Source: Gracilinanus agilis (taxonomy: Eukaryota). From it: a stretch of 64,000 nt of DNA. Positions 35,035-48,479 of this stretch are shown here, piece after piece (position 1 is the first letter of the stretch; each line of letters starts with the position of its first letter). The position numbers and the translations under genes are program-made. Where the stretch lies: contig NC_058135.1 in NCBI RefSeq assembly GCF_016433145.1, positions 205,306,844 to 205,370,843 of the forward strand, given 5' to 3'. The notes under the pieces were generated by a model that saw only the letters and a list, made by a program, of their open reading frames with translations, made no database searches and was not told the origin of the DNA.

Positions 35035-35238
35035 TTTAAAAAAAAAAAACCTTACCTTCCATCTTATAATCAATGCTATTTATTGGTTCCAAGGCAGAAG
35101 AGTGGTAAGGGCTAAGCAATGGGCATTAAGTGACTTGCCCAGGGTCACACAGCTAGGAAGTGTCTGAGGCCGGATTTGAACCTAGGACCTCCTGTCTCTA
35201 GGCCTGATTCTCAATCCACTGAGCCACCCAGCTGGCTC
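35035..35238 (-). mobile_element. Full-length SINE1_Mdo-type SINE
   Basis: Complete element; 16-bp TSD cttatccatgtctttc (35019-35034) / cttacccatgtctttc (35239-35254). Confidence 0.97.
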
Positions 35239-35699
35239 CTTACCCATGTCTTTCAACAAATCTTGCATAAGCTAGAGACTTGCTTTGGTTCTTTTGACAT
35301 GCCATTCCCCTTCTCTCATTAGGAACTTGCAATTTGATAATAGGTCCAGGCTGAAGTGTGAGTTCCTCAAGGGCAGAAACTATTTTTTATCTTCCTTTGT
35401 ATGCTCACCTCAAAGCACAGTGCCTGGCATACACACGAAAATAATAAATGCTTGTTGACCAGTAGCATTCTATTCTACATTCTGGGCTTGTTACCCTTGT
35501 CATCATGTTCACTCTTCTGGGCTCCATGCTCAGGAATTGGCTCTAGGCACTACAGAGTCACTAGTCTGCTTGGACAATAAATAAGTGTGGCCATCCTTCA
35601 CCAAGTTTCTTTACCATCCACCTCTGTCTATCACTGCTTCTCAGGGTCTTCCCTCCTAAACAATTAAGTCAGGCCCCTTACGCTTTTGCTGACTGAAGT

Positions 35700-37000
35700 T
35701 CATAAACATAATCTATCCTTAGTCTTGGAGCAAGAGAGAGAAAGCAATGCTATCTGAAACAGAAGAGGAGTGATGAGGTGGAACTTCCAGCAAAAAGATT
35801 GATATTGTATAGAAGACCCAAACTCCAAAACAACTAGAAATGCATCCAATAAATTAAAAACAACTAAAAAAAGGGAAAGGAAAGAAAATTCCACAAAAAA
35901 GCATTATGGTAGGAAAAACAAAACACTTGGAAGACAAAAGACAGGAAAGGAAGCAGGAAGAGCAGAGAAATGAGAGGAAATGAATAAATAAAAGAAAACA
36001 ATAAAAAAGTGGGATAAGAGAACATCAGTATGAAACTCCTAAATAAAAGGATAATTGAGCATATATGTATATAAATATGTGTATATATGTATGTGTATAT
36101 ATAAAACTTCTCCATAAAACTAGAAGCACAGAAAAAAAGAACTCATAAGAAATGTTGAAAACAGTTGAGTGGGAAGTGCCTTTTGACCATTATCTTATAC
36201 CATATGCCAAAAAGAATCTCCAAGAGAATACTTCATCTGAATATAAAATGTCACATCATTAAAAAAAATGAGACAACAGAAGGAGGTAACTTTCACTATT
36301 TTGGTAAGTAAAAGAATTCTTAAGCATAGAACAGAGAGAAGTGTTAATAATAGGTTAAATGGACAATTTTGAGAGCTTAAAAATTAATTGTTTTCCTTTA
36401 AATTAAGCCTTTACATGAACAAAATCAATGCAGCTGCACAAAAAGATAAATTAATAGGTAAATTAGTTCCAGTGATCTCTTATTAAAGTGTGATATGCAA
36501 TATTTTTAGAGATTTGTACACAAATATGCAAAAACTAAAAGCCATTTCCTCACCAATAAGTAGTCAAATTAAGAAATAGTAAAAATCAAGAACAACATAC
36601 AAATACTCCATAATATTAATAGTATGTGAAATTTAATTTAAACACAGATATTATTTCACATCCATCAATTTGGCAAAGCTAACAAAAGACTAAAATAGTC
36701 AATGTTGGAGGGATTATGAGAGGACAGGTACACTGATACACTGCTAGTGAAACTGCAACTTTAACCAACCAACTGCTCCAGAAGACAATTAGAAATTGTA
36801 TAAAAAGTCAGAGATCTCAGTATTGGGCAAAATTACTATGGAGTTCAAAGATATAAATGAAAGTCCCAGATATAACAAAACATTTGAAGTAGCATTTTCT
36901 GGGGAAAAAACTGAAAATAAAATAGATGCCTACTTATTGAGGAATGATTGAATTAATTACAGTATGTGAATGTAATAGAATGAAGAAATGACAAATATGA
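35700..37000 (+). mobile_element. Old L1 ORF2 fragments with an internal TA/TG microsatellite near 36060-36105
   Basis: RT-region remnant near 35790 and C-terminal remnant ttggcaaagctaacaaaagactaaaatagtcaatgttggaggga. Confidence 0.65.
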
Positions 37001-37009
37001 CCAAGTCAG

Positions 37010-37174
37010 NNNNNNNNNNNNNNNNNNNNNNNNNNNNNNNNNNNNNNNNNNNNNNNNNNNNNNNNNNNNNNNNNNNNNNNNNNNNNNNNNNNNNNNNNNN
37101 NNNNNNNNNNNNNNNNNNNNNNNNNNNNNNNNNNNNNNNNNNNNNNNNNNNNNNNNNNNNNNNNNNNNNNNNNN
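37010..37174. other. Assembly gap (165 N)
   Basis: Run of n. Confidence 1.
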
Positions 37175-37498
37175 AGAAGAAGCAAGAAAATAATACACAT
37201 GGAATATCATGTAGGTTGGTTTGGTTTGAATATAGAGTTCATGGAGAGGGGGAATATGAAATCATTCTACAATGATCATTTGGAACCAGAAAGAGGAGAT
37301 CATCATTTTATTCTAGAAGCAGAAAGGAGCCACTGAAGCTTTCTGATGTGGTCAAATTACTGGGCAACTTTAGGAAAGCCATTTCCTTTCTCTGAATCTA
37401 TTTTATATTCTGTAAAATGAGGGTAGTAAGATGGGAAATTGACCACATTATCTCTAAGGTCCCCTTTCCCTCTAATCCAGTGATCCCATCAGTTGAAC

Positions 37499-38122
37499 CA
37501 GTGATGTGTTGTATTCAGCTTGTTCTAGCTCTAATTTTTTTACATAAGTGTTTACACTTTGGAAACCAGCAATTGCTACAAATGACTTGATTTATTGCTT
37601 TGTTAATTGTCTAAACTTAAAGTAAATGTTGAAAAGATGTTAATGGTGTCAATTTTAAAACAATATTTTACTTTTCACAATTACATATAAAAACAGTTTT
37701 TGACATTGTTTTCTAAAATGTTGAGTTCCAAATTCTCTTTCTTTCCCTCTTTCCTCCCCATCTCCTCTCTCCTCTGTAAGATGGTATTTGTCTCAGTTAA
37801 ACTTTAATGACTATGAAAAATGTATTCTCACATTGGTCATGTGAAAAAAAGACTAAAATGGAAAAAAAAAACAAAGAAATTACTATTAGACTTGATCACT
37901 TCTTTCTCTGGAGTTAGATAGCATTTTCATCATGAATTCTTTGGAATTATCTTAGATTATTTTATTGTTAAGAACATGAAAGTCCTATATGATTTTACTC
38001 TTACTGTATACAATGTCCTCTTGGTTCTGCTCACTTCACAATAATGTAAATTAAACTTAGAAACAGGCAAGAATGTTACTTTCTAGAGAGCTGATTGTTA
38101 AACATTTACCAGTGCGTGTCTG
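37499..38122 (-). mobile_element. Old hAT-Tip100 (Arthur1-like) element split by an L1
   Basis: cagtgatgtg... end at 37499, and gagagctgattgttaaacatttaccagtgcgtgtctg at about 38085-38122. Confidence 0.55.
37635..38040 (-). mobile_element. Old L1 3' end
   Basis: ttttcacaattacatataaaaacag...tctttctctggagttagatagcatttt...caatgtcctcttggttctgctcacttcac. Confidence 0.85.
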
Positions 38123-38479
38123 GTTAGAGCAACCCACAGCAAGCACAGTCTTTTTCAAAGTTCAGGAAAAACTGTGGTATGATCAATAACAATGAAGACA
38201 CCATATTCCTTCTAAACTATAACAAATCAATCATAGACCTATGATTTGGAATCACTGAAAAAAACAGGAAAAGACATTTCAGAGTCAATAAAATCTGAAG
38301 CAGGACTTTGGGGGTGGGGATCATTACTTCGGAAAAAGGTATCATGTCAGACCTGTGATACAGAAAAATAATGGGATTTGTTCCCATTGACCGAAATCGA
38401 TTTCATATAAAAACTTGCCTCCTCACTGGGCTCAAAGGTTTTTGTTTTGTTTTACTTTGTTTGCCTCTGAAAATATGAA

Positions 38480-38630
38480 ATGGGAAGAAAGAAATAAGAA
38501 ATGTGGGAAAGAGAAAATGGGAAAGAAAGGAGAAGTTAAAGAATGGAAAGGGAAAAAGAGGAAGAGTGGGGGAAATGGAAAAAGAAAGAAATGAGGAATG
38601 GAGAAAAAGAAGAAAGGGAGGCCAGAGAAG
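38480..38630. repeat. GA-rich low-complexity tract
   Basis: gggaagaaagaaataagaaatgtgggaaagagaaaatgggaaagaaagg...; explains ORFs 38432, 38503 and 38543. Confidence 0.85.
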
Positions 38631-39379
38631 GGAAATACTACAGTCAAGTATGGTTTGTCACCTCCTTCTCTTTATGTCCACAAGTTAAAAAGAAGAAAAG
38701 CAGAAAGAGAAAGTGCACCATGGACAGACTAAATCTTTTTTTTCCCTTTCCCAGATCAGAACTTTAGGTGCTTTTATGTGAAGCATATGTTTAATTCAAA
38801 GGTCTTAGATGACTTCTCCCTTACCTATTTCTTGTCTGTCTCATCCATATGACTAGGTTGACAATGAATATCATATGTTAGATTGTCACAAAACCTTCCC
38901 TAGGAATACTAAGAGAAGTGGCCAAAAAAAATACTAACAAATTTGCTCCGCTCTTCATGAAATTAGTCATTGTCAGCAGCTGGGACATTGGTTCTCTGGC
39001 TCTCTTGGCTGCTTCCAATCTTCCATCTCCTTATAGATTCTGAAATGAGCTTAGCACCATAGCAGAGCCCTGAAGAGAACCACTTCCCAACCCCCACTCC
39101 ACTTCTCACTGAGACTGAGTTTCCTCCTTTCTCTCTCTAGTACTGAATGGCGTTTCTTACAGCTCACAGAGCAGCAGAATGTGAGAGAAGGGATCATAAA
39201 ACCTTAGAATCATAGGGAGTATAGATTTGGAGCTGGAAGGGATTTTACAGATTATCAATTCAACATCCTTACTTTACAGATGAGGAAAATGAGATGCAGA
39301 GCAGTTAAATGATCTTGCCCAAGGTTACACAGGTCGTTAAGTAGCAGAATCACAGTTCCAACTACAGTCTGCTGTGGTC

Positions 39380-39825
39380 AGACATCTGAAGTAATATGTT
39401 TATTTCTGTGTGCTATATTTTAAGGCCACTGATGAACTGGAGAACATCCAGAAGGGGATAATTAGCATGGTGAAGGTTTCAAACTCATGAAATATGAGGA
39501 TCTGCTGAAAGAACACAAGATATTTATTAGCCTGAATAAGAAAAGGCTGAAGGGGATTGTGGCGGCCATTTTCAAGTATTTAAAAGTCTCTCAAATGGAA
39601 TAAGGAGTGGGTTTATTTTACTTGGCCCCAAGAACAGGAAAGATTCGCAGAGGGCAGAATTAGACTTCATAGAAGAAAAAAATTCCTATCTATCTATCCA
39701 TATATGTGTACCCATATACATTTTTTACAATAGGCTTCCTCAAACTAATCCTGAATTAACATTTCTTGAAGATGTTGTAGACCAGATGGTCTCTGAGGTC
39801 CCTTCTAACTCTGAGGTTCTATCAT
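39380..39825 (+). mobile_element. CR1/L3 3' end with tail
   Basis: aactggagaacatccagaag...gaccagatggtctctgaggtcccttctaactctgaggttct. Confidence 0.85.
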
Positions 39826-39939
39826 TGATAATCAGAGGTTCATGGAACAGTTATCTCTTTGGCTTTAATTATCACTCTCAAAGATTGATTCCAAGATGCT
39901 GGACAGATCCTCATTAATGGATTTCTGGGAAAGCAATAT

Positions 39940-40195
39940 GGGACAGTGGGGTGGTGCCACAGATATAGCATTGGGCTCAAAATCAGGAATATATCAAGCT
40001 GGCCTCAGCAATTTACTAGCTCTATGATCCTGGGCAAGTCATTTAACTCTGTTTCCCTTACTTTCCTCATCTATAAAATGAACTTGAGAAAAATGACAAA
40101 TTACTCCAGTGTCTTTGCCAAGAAAATCCCAAATGGGGTAAGGAAAAGTCAGATACAACTGAGTCAATTAAACAACAGCAAAAATGTGAGGCATA
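39940..40195 (+). mobile_element. MAR1-type SINE
   Basis: atcctgggcaagtcatttaac...actccagtgtctttgccaagaaaatcccaaatgggg. Confidence 0.9.
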
Positions 40196-42858
40196 TATAG
40201 AAAGAGCACTAGATCTAATGTCAAAAGACCTAGCTTCATAAACCCACCTTTAATGCTATTTCTATTACCTAGTCAAACCCTTAAATCTCTCCTCATCTTA
40301 GCTTTTTCATTTGAATGTAGGATAAGGTCTTATTTCCAAATCCCACTTCACAGGCAGGTCAGGTCCCCTAAAGCAACACCAATCATTCTCCTGCAGGGTC
40401 CTAAAGGTAAACTTGGAGGGGTAGGTGGAATGGGTATATGTTCTAGCACTGTAGCTCACAGGACCCCACAAATTGCTTCCTCCATTATCAGTTCATATCA
40501 GTAAGCCATCCAGAAGGAATTAGCTTTTAGAAACCAGTTGAGGCATAATAAAAATAGTTGGCTCAAAATATCCTTACCTTTCCTCTACCCCCCTCATCTG
40601 GGACATACTTTTCTACAAGTACATACAAAGGCCAGAGGAAATGGACTCAAACTTATATAGTAAAGTTACTCAAAGCTCCTGGAAATCCTTTTACTTGAGG
40701 TCCTCCTCTCACTTTTATGAAGTACTCCTGAAGGTTACCCTTAAGTATGGTATAACTTTTAGCTGGGCTCTTTAATAAAATCCTGAAGTTTTTGTTCCTT
40801 ACTGTATCTAGTTCATCCTTGGCCCCTAAGGCAGACACTGCTGCCAATTACTTCTATTCTAGAGACACATAGAATTCTAAGTCTTTTGAAACCTTGAAAT
40901 TCATGAGGTCAGCCTTTGGCCAAGGAAGGTAGGGGATACAGAAGTACTTTTCCCCAAACTTCAAGTGATTTCCTTTCAAGAACTTAAGTGGATCTGCTGG
41001 TTTGGCACTCAAATGCTGGGTTCTAAATGAGTTTTGCTGTTTTATACAAAGTAAAAATGGTGGCCAAGATTATTCAGCTAATCCCAGTGTACTTTCTATG
41101 TATTTTCCAATTTCTCTATTTCAGCCAATAGTTCTAATTCTTTTCAAACAAATCAAGTTTAATGTAATTGATTGATTGATTCCATAAAGGCATTCTCATC
41201 AGATTAAAGGTATAGACATCTTTAGTGAAGAAAGTTTGACTGATTGATTCAAAAGGACCCATCCATATATGTAAACTGGAGCAGGTTAGACAAGGTGGCC
41301 TTTGAGGTCCCTTCTGGCTTTAAAGGCATTATCCTTTGTATTACGGGAAAAGAATAACATAAGATGAGATTATATATAATCTGAACTTTTGTGCAGATGC
41401 CCACACTGCTGAAGTCACAAATGGAACTGTAGTAAATAAAACTAAGATGGAACTTTCTATGAATTAAAGCTTTCCCAAATACTATGTCCTGCCTGTTGAG
41501 TTCATAAGCTGTCTGACCCTAAGAAATTTAAGCAGAGGCTTGATGGTCAGTTGGATGGATAACATGTGTGGGATCCATATTTCTGAGAGGGGTTCAAGAT
41601 ACATCACAGAATTCAATAGTGCCCCCCAGATCTCTAAGAGAGAGGGCAGTTAAAGGCAGTTGGAGTCCCGGTATGAAAGCCAGGACACCCCTCTTGCAAG
41701 GGTCCTGACTCTTTGCTCTTGGCTCTGAGCAGAGGGACAATCTGTGTAGCTCTGGGCTGGGACATTCAGTCACTGACAGCCAGGGCTGCTTTACCTTGGT
41801 AGCTAACCGCAAAGATAGACTTTCAAGCAAAAATACAGTCTACCTTCAGTTTAGCACTTCAAGTTTTAGAAGGAAGATTATCTAGGGCTTAGATTAGAGT
41901 TCAGCCATTCAAGTTACATCCCCCCCCCCAGGGGGAATGTGTTGTTAGCCTACAGTTAACAGTTTACCCAAATTACCTTCCCTCCTCTTTTCTTAAACTG
42001 ATTCCTTTCTCCTGTTCCCTGAAATTATTGAATACATTTAGTTTGTGAAAAGATAGAGTTTGTGTACAGTTAGCTGGGGATTATACTTACTACCTTCCTT
42101 TCATCAAGCCAAGTATTTCATTTAAGCAGGGGCTATAACTGCCTTTGCCCTGGGGGCCTGTGGTCAGATTTGCTGAAGACTTTAACCTCTTACATTTCCA
42201 TCCTGTGAGAGAGTAATTCAAACAAATAAAGTTATCATCACAAAAGTCTCTACTTATCATCTTGGCCCAGAAGTTTCCAAACTAGAATATCCTCCATAAC
42301 CAGACAGTTAACTCATTTCCAACTGCTTACAGGGTGGGGGGAGGTGAAGAAGTACTCCACAGGCTCCTGCCCCTCCCATCCAGTCAAGTCAGCCTGCTTC
42401 TTCAAAGACCAGGGTTTAGAGAGACTCCATTGTTATCTGACCCCTAATCTCACAGTTTCCCTAATCCTACACATGGAAATAATCAATCCACTGGGCAAGG
42501 GATTGGACTAGATGCCTCTAAGGTCCTTTATGATTCTGAAAGTCTAACATATTAAGCCCTGAATGTCCACCTTAAGGAATCCAGTTGAGAATGACTCTGC
42601 TCTAAGCATCATCCCAGTGAGGCTAGGACCAACGAGTCTCAGATGCAACTTTGCCAATGGGATAACATGAAATCTGGATTTTCAGCAGGATTTTTATTTT
42701 ATCTTAGCCATGAAATCTTAATCCTGTTTCAAACATGATATTTACCCTCTCAATAAAAGAGGCAATTTATTTTACTGTTATTTGAAACTAAAGAAATCCA
42801 ATAAAGTGGTTTTGAGCCAAAAAGTACCATAATGACAAAATGATTGATCTTTTTATAA

Positions 42859-42878
42859 TATATATATATATATATATA
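42859..42878. repeat. (TA)10 microsatellite
   Basis: Perfect tata run. Confidence 0.95.
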
Positions 42879-43604
42879 GCTTTACCAGTCTCAAATTTAA
42901 GAAATACAATATAGAAAGTATTCATTTATAACATAATCTGGCATTTGTCTTCATAACAATCCCTTTTATTTATGAAGCGTCTGTTGCCTCTAAAAATACA
43001 AAGCCAAGGAGTTCCATATTAATCCTCATGGTTGTCATCAAATCATTAACTCCCTACTGGTGTAGAAAGAGAAGATGATATACATGGAAATATCTTGAGT
43101 TTTTTTAAAAGATCTCTCTCTCTGTCTAGCAGGTGCTCACATTGCCCAATGAAAAGGGCCAATTTAATATATTAGTACCATTTAAGAGATGAGAAGCTTA
43201 GAGAACAAGGACATTGAGAGGCCCAATCCTCCGAAGGGAAGGAGTTTTTGGATCAATGACCAATTCTCTAAGTGCACTAAAGATCCCTAGGAACATTTGA
43301 AATTGGTCCTCAGACCATTAGGGCCTGAGAATCACTGTTCTATATATGTATTATACTTCTACTTGTGGATTATAAACTCAGTAATTATATGGAGAAAAAT
43401 TTACTCATTCATATTTGTATCCACCAGGTTCCCAGCATATATACTTACATAATACTATCAGTGGTTGGCATAAATTGTCAAAATTGAATTAACAAAGAGC
43501 CTATTCAAGAATTAATCATTATCATTACATGACATATATTCCTAGCATCCATACATAGATTTATTCATTGTAGATGCTTAACAAATATTTATAGAATTTA
43601 TTTC

Positions 43605-43790
43605 ATTAGGAAAGAACTTTAGAGGTCCTCTGGTCCAACCTCTCATTTTACAGAGGAAGGAATAGACTCAGAGAAATGCTTTTGACTCACATCACACATA
43701 GTAGCTTATAAGTAGAAAGAATCAGGGCTATAAATCCAGGTCTTCTGACTCCAAATTCAGTTTTATGTCTACTCTGCTATGTTTCTTCTC
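43605..43790 (-). mobile_element. MIR core SINE flanked by L2 tails
   Basis: ctggtccaacctctcattttacagaggaagg...aaatccaggtcttctgactcc. Confidence 0.8.
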
Positions 43791-44499
43791 AAATGAATTG
43801 CAGTGAGTTTACACCCTCAACCAATGGAAGTGAAAGACCAAGTAGATCTCCCAAACTGGTTGTTCCCCCAAAAGTATTTATGTCCCTGAGGACAGGGACT
43901 TAGCATAATGTCTGATACAGAGTGGGTACTTAATAAATGCTGGTGACTGTTGACTGAATGGATGAATGAGGAGGAGTGAAGAAGGATGAGCCAAAGATGA
44001 CTTCAAAATAGTCTACCCAAACATCCAAGAAAATAGGCATGGTCCTTCTCTGCTCCTCTGCTTCTGTGATTTTAAATTCAGTACATATAACATAAAACTC
44101 CAACATCAAGTTTCAATAATCTTAATAAAGTCATCCATCATGTGAGGGACTCCTCACTGGTGGTCACTTTTGCTAAGGTTATTCAGAGTGTCAGACTTGT
44201 GTGAAGTGTGGGTATACTCCCAGCAGCCATCATTCCATTTCTCCATAATGTGTCCCTAAATCCTATCAACACAGTAACTATATTCAGAATCTACAAACCC
44301 AGGAGAAAATCAAATCAATGACCTACATTAGAGGGGGCCTAAACACAATTAACAATGCACCTGATCCCCTCCAACTTTTGCCCTTTTTTGAGAATTAATC
44401 TTGAGTCCTTCAGGCACAGATCCCTGGAGAGTTTGTTTTCCAGCTGAGCAAGTGAGCCAGGCCCTTTGCAAGCTAAGCAAGGTGTATAGTGTGGGAAAG

Positions 44500-44625
44500 G
44501 GGAAGAAATGAAAGGGAGAGAGAAAAGGGAAGATATGAGAGAGGATAGGGGGAGAAAAAAGAGAATGAGAAGAGAGGAAGGAGAGAAAGTAAAGAAAAAT
44601 AAGAAAAGGAGAGAGGAGAGAAATC
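44500..44625. repeat. GA-rich low-complexity tract
   Basis: ggggaagaaatgaaagggagagagaaaaggg... Confidence 0.85.
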
Positions 44626-45869
44626 CCTGAAGTTATTCATGACAAGAAAAATTCAGACTTTGGGGAATCTGGTTAATTAGCACTTTCACACAAAAGGGAA
44701 TTTAATGTGCTTCAAGCTGATAAACTCTTTGAAAATGCGCTGATGTTGAGCCCAGTTAAGCAATATTTAAAAGTGATGGGCTTGATTGAAAAATAAAATA
44801 TGGTGTACCCCATCAACACATTGAGCTGACTTAGCAGAACCGTAACAGCTGGAAGCTAAAAGAGTGTTGCAGCTTAGTGATGAGTGAATCTCTTGAGGTT
44901 CAGAAGTTCAAGTCCAGTTCAGTTAACTCCTTTATTTGCATGATTCCTGGAGCTTTAATCAAGAGAGGGATGGGGGATGAGTGGGATTGTATCAGCAAAG
45001 GGAAGCAGCTTGGGGAAGACAATTGGGCACCATTGTCACAGAATTAGGACTGAAAAGAATCTAATAAATCATTTTAGCGTTGAGGAAACTGAAACAGAGG
45101 TTAAGTGTGAGCTCATTGAATATTTGCAACCCTAGTGCTTGGCACAGAATAGGTAATTAACAAATGCTTGTTGATCAATAGATTGCTTAAGGTTAAAGAG
45201 CTGGCAAATGACAGAGCCAGAATTTGAGCCCAAGTCCTATATCCACAAAACCTTAATTCTTCTCAATGATAGATGTTTTTACAGATAAGAGAGACTCTTT
45301 CCTGCTCTGCTGTGGTCCCATTGCTCAGAAAATGGAACTATTCTAGCAAGGTTCATTCAGGTAAGAGCTAAATACCGAGGGGGATGGAGCAGGGTATAAC
45401 TCTCAGGAACATTCTCCTCAAAGTATTCATGGACCCACCACATGAAAACCTACATTTATGGACAATTCAATATTCTTTCCACCCCATCTTATTGAAGTAT
45501 GATTTTAATCATTTAGAAAAAAATTTATTATGAGTTCTTTATCCTATATATACTTTCCTCCATTCAGTGACTTCCATATCCCATGAACAGACAAAACCAA
45601 TGGAAGTCTACAAAGTACATTCTTCTAAGGACATTCAACTTAGAACTCTATACCCCCAGTGAGCTCAGCTCAATTTAGAAGCCCTCCGGGGAGTCATAAA
45701 AGCTAACAGAATAAGAACAGAACTTCCAGGATTCCAGAAGTCGCAGTCAACTTCATCTCCAGGTAGCACTTCTTCAGTTGCGAAATACACATCATCCAGA
45801 AGATCTCTTTTCTCTGTCCTATTTCCACAGTACCATAGTGGTTAGTCTAATAACCTGCTGTTTGTCTCT

Positions 45870-46015
45870 TACCCTTTTTGTGAGCCATGGTTCCTCATGA
45901 CCATCTGTGAAATCAATGGACCATTCTCAGAATTCTGTTTTAAACACATACAATAAAATGTAACAGGATTACAAAAGAAACCAATGATTTTGAAATACAA
46001 TTATCAAATTACTAA
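45870..46015. mobile_element. Old hAT-Charlie MER-type fragment
   Basis: atggaccattctcagaattctgttttaaac...aggattacaaaagaaaccaatgattttgaaatac. Confidence 0.6.
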
Positions 46016-46749
46016 AAAATTGTGCTAAAATTTGGCTATGAATTTTACACAAGGAAAGGAGGATTATATGATTTTTAAAAGAATTTCAACTAGTTTGTAC
46101 TGTCATTGGCATGTGAAATGGATACTAGAAGCCCTAAATATTACCCTTTCCATTTTGCTTTTGCCTTATCCTTTTTAAAATTCAATCCAATGCCTTCATC
46201 CATGAGATTAGCCACCCCAGTTGTAGAAATGAAGATGAGATGGCTCTCCTCCCCAGAGCTCTGAGCTGCAAGATGAAAACTCTTGATTCTTAGCATAAAT
46301 TGGCTTGTCAAAATTTGAATCCACTGAATAAAGTGGCCACATTATAGGTGCATAAGAGTAGTGTCCAAGTCCACTTCCTCCTAGTGCCATGCAAGTACAA
46401 GTGTGAATTGACTAGTCCAGCCCCTAGCAGACATCCCACTCACTCTTTCCCAGGAACCTCATGGGATAGGACTGATTTAACAGATGAGAGAAATGCTTTT
46501 GCTGCTGTAGTGCACATATTGATTGCCCTTCTAGAAAGGAGGCTTATTTATTCTGGAGAGCTCCAAAAATCCCACTCACAGCAATGAAAGTATTTCAAAG
46601 ACTCTCAGGTTTCTAATTGATAAAAGTGAGAAGCACCTTGTTCTGATCACCATAGTTGGCAGCCTACGGAATGGGATTGACTTCGTTTACATGATACTAT
46701 AGAATTATGATCACTATCTTAAACCTCCAGGGAGTTAAAGATTCTCGAG

Positions 46750-47465
46750 AACCACATCTGGATCACTTAGTTCAGTTCTAAGTACTGCATTATAGGAAAG
46801 ATATTGATTGAGAATCTGGAGAGTATTCAAAAGGGCTTCAAATAGGATCATGAAACTCCTTAAAATACTTTCCTATGAGGACCAAAAGAAATAACTAAGA
46901 ATGTTTAGCCTAGTTAAGAGAAGACTTAGGTGAACTGTCAGATAATGCAATCTGCTTTGAAAGGTATGCAATCCAGAAAAAAAAGGAGGTGATAATCTAG
47001 TTGGACTCACCTTGGTCTAAATGCATCTAAGATGTAGGGCCCATTTCTGGAGCCATATTTAAGAAAAGGTATTGATGTCATGGAAATTTTCCAAAATAAA
47101 CTAACTTGAATAGTGAAGGACTATGAGTTCTTGCTATATAAGGATCAGTTGAAGGAGGTAGGGGTGTTTGGCCTGGAGAAGAGATGAGCTCTCTTTGAGT
47201 ATTTAAAGGGATATCACATGAAAAAATTATTAGATTTACTCTCCTTACCTTCAGAAGACAGATCCAGAAGCAATCAGCAATCAACGGAGGGAAGATTTAG
47301 ATTTAATATAAGATAATGGTCTACCTCAGAACAGTAGTAGGTTATACTTTTACTGGAAGTCCTGAAGCAAAGATTAAATGATCACTTATCAAGCATGAGG
47401 TGGAGGAAATTAAAGTATAGGTGGGCCTTTGAAGCCCTTTCCTATTATGAAATTCTGGAATTCTA
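46750..47465 (+). mobile_element. Two tandem CR1/L3 3' fragments
   Basis: gttcagttctaagtactgcattataggaaagatattg...; gtttggcctggagaagag...tttgagtatttaaaggg. Confidence 0.8.
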
Positions 47466-48479
47466 CAGAAGAGTTCAAATTTATTCTGTGTGATCCTGAA
47501 GGACAGAAGAAACAGGAAAGCACAGTGTGTGGAAGTTTCAGGAAAACAGATTTTAACTAGTACAGCTCTCCAGAATTAATACTGGCCCACCTGGTAGAAT
47601 AATGCATTCTTTCACCATCAAAAGTATCAAAGCAGAGGCTGACTGGCCTTTCTTCAGGGGTTTTGTAGAAAACAATCCTCCCTCCATTAAAGAGAAAGAA
47701 GGAGAAGTTAGACAAAAGACAGATAAGGTCTTTTTCTTGCCAGGTTTATGGAATATTCTTTATCCCTCCCCCAAAGTCACTGCTTGGAAATTTTCCCTCA
47801 TCTCCAGGATATCTTCTCACATAACCTGCTGACTCCAATTCTGTGGTTGTTCTTGTCACTGTTGCCTTGACTGCAACATTGTTCAGGAGTTTAAAATCAT
47901 AAATAATGGAATTGAATATTTGCTGATGAGACTAAAAAAATATCCTTACACCCTGAATATTTACTTTGGCTTACGATCTTAAGATCTAGGTCTGAGATAG
48001 CTTCCACACAGCCTGCTAAAACAAATATTCCCTTTTATGTTGTCTTCTCTTATTAGAATATAAGTCCCTTTGAGGGGAGGGTCTATCTTACTTTTAATAT
48101 TTCTATCACCAGCACTTAGCACAATATTTGGCATATAATAATTACTTAATCAATACTTTTTCATTCATTCATTCATAAGGACATTGAGTCTTGCCAGAAT
48201 CTAATTAGAAAACTAGGTTGATAATTCAGATTGAAGCATAACACTCTTTTCTGAGTCCACCTGAGCCCTATGTACCTTGGGCTTCTTTTCTATAGGAACA
48301 AGAGGCATTAAGAGTTAAGCCATGGATACCATCTCACTGATAGTTCCTCAAAAACTCTTTCTGATATATGGCCATATTCTGAAGTATATTTTTTAATAAT
48401 ATTAGGTTTCCTCTCTAGATTGTACTCCTAACTCTCTGAAGTTTCTCTACCATGCTATAGAAACTTCTTCATCCTGAAA

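Noticed and set aside
40578-40612. Minus-strand 35-nt exon candidate with good acceptor and AAG|GTAAGG donor
   Set aside because: It gives no coding continuity with exon A and has no independent support; such pairs occur by chance in 64 kb. Worth checking only if the minus-strand transcript is confirmed.
40653-40847. ORF beginning MAAVSALGAKDELD
   Set aside because: The start codon is TTG, the possible 56-nt exon form has stops in all frames, and there is no recognisable homology.
41609-41622. CTCF-like motif (tagtgccccccaga)
   Set aside because: Only the 3' half matches; the core CCASYAG positions mismatch.
45285-45360. Plus-strand 76-nt exon candidate with CAG|GTAAGA donor (similar case at 56466-56566)
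   Set aside because: Isolated, unrecognised peptides; cannot be linked into a consistent plus-strand chain.
46348-46587. 79-aa plus ORF with an internal acceptor (ctctttcccag)
   Set aside because: No donor before the stop, no recognised homology and no partner exons.
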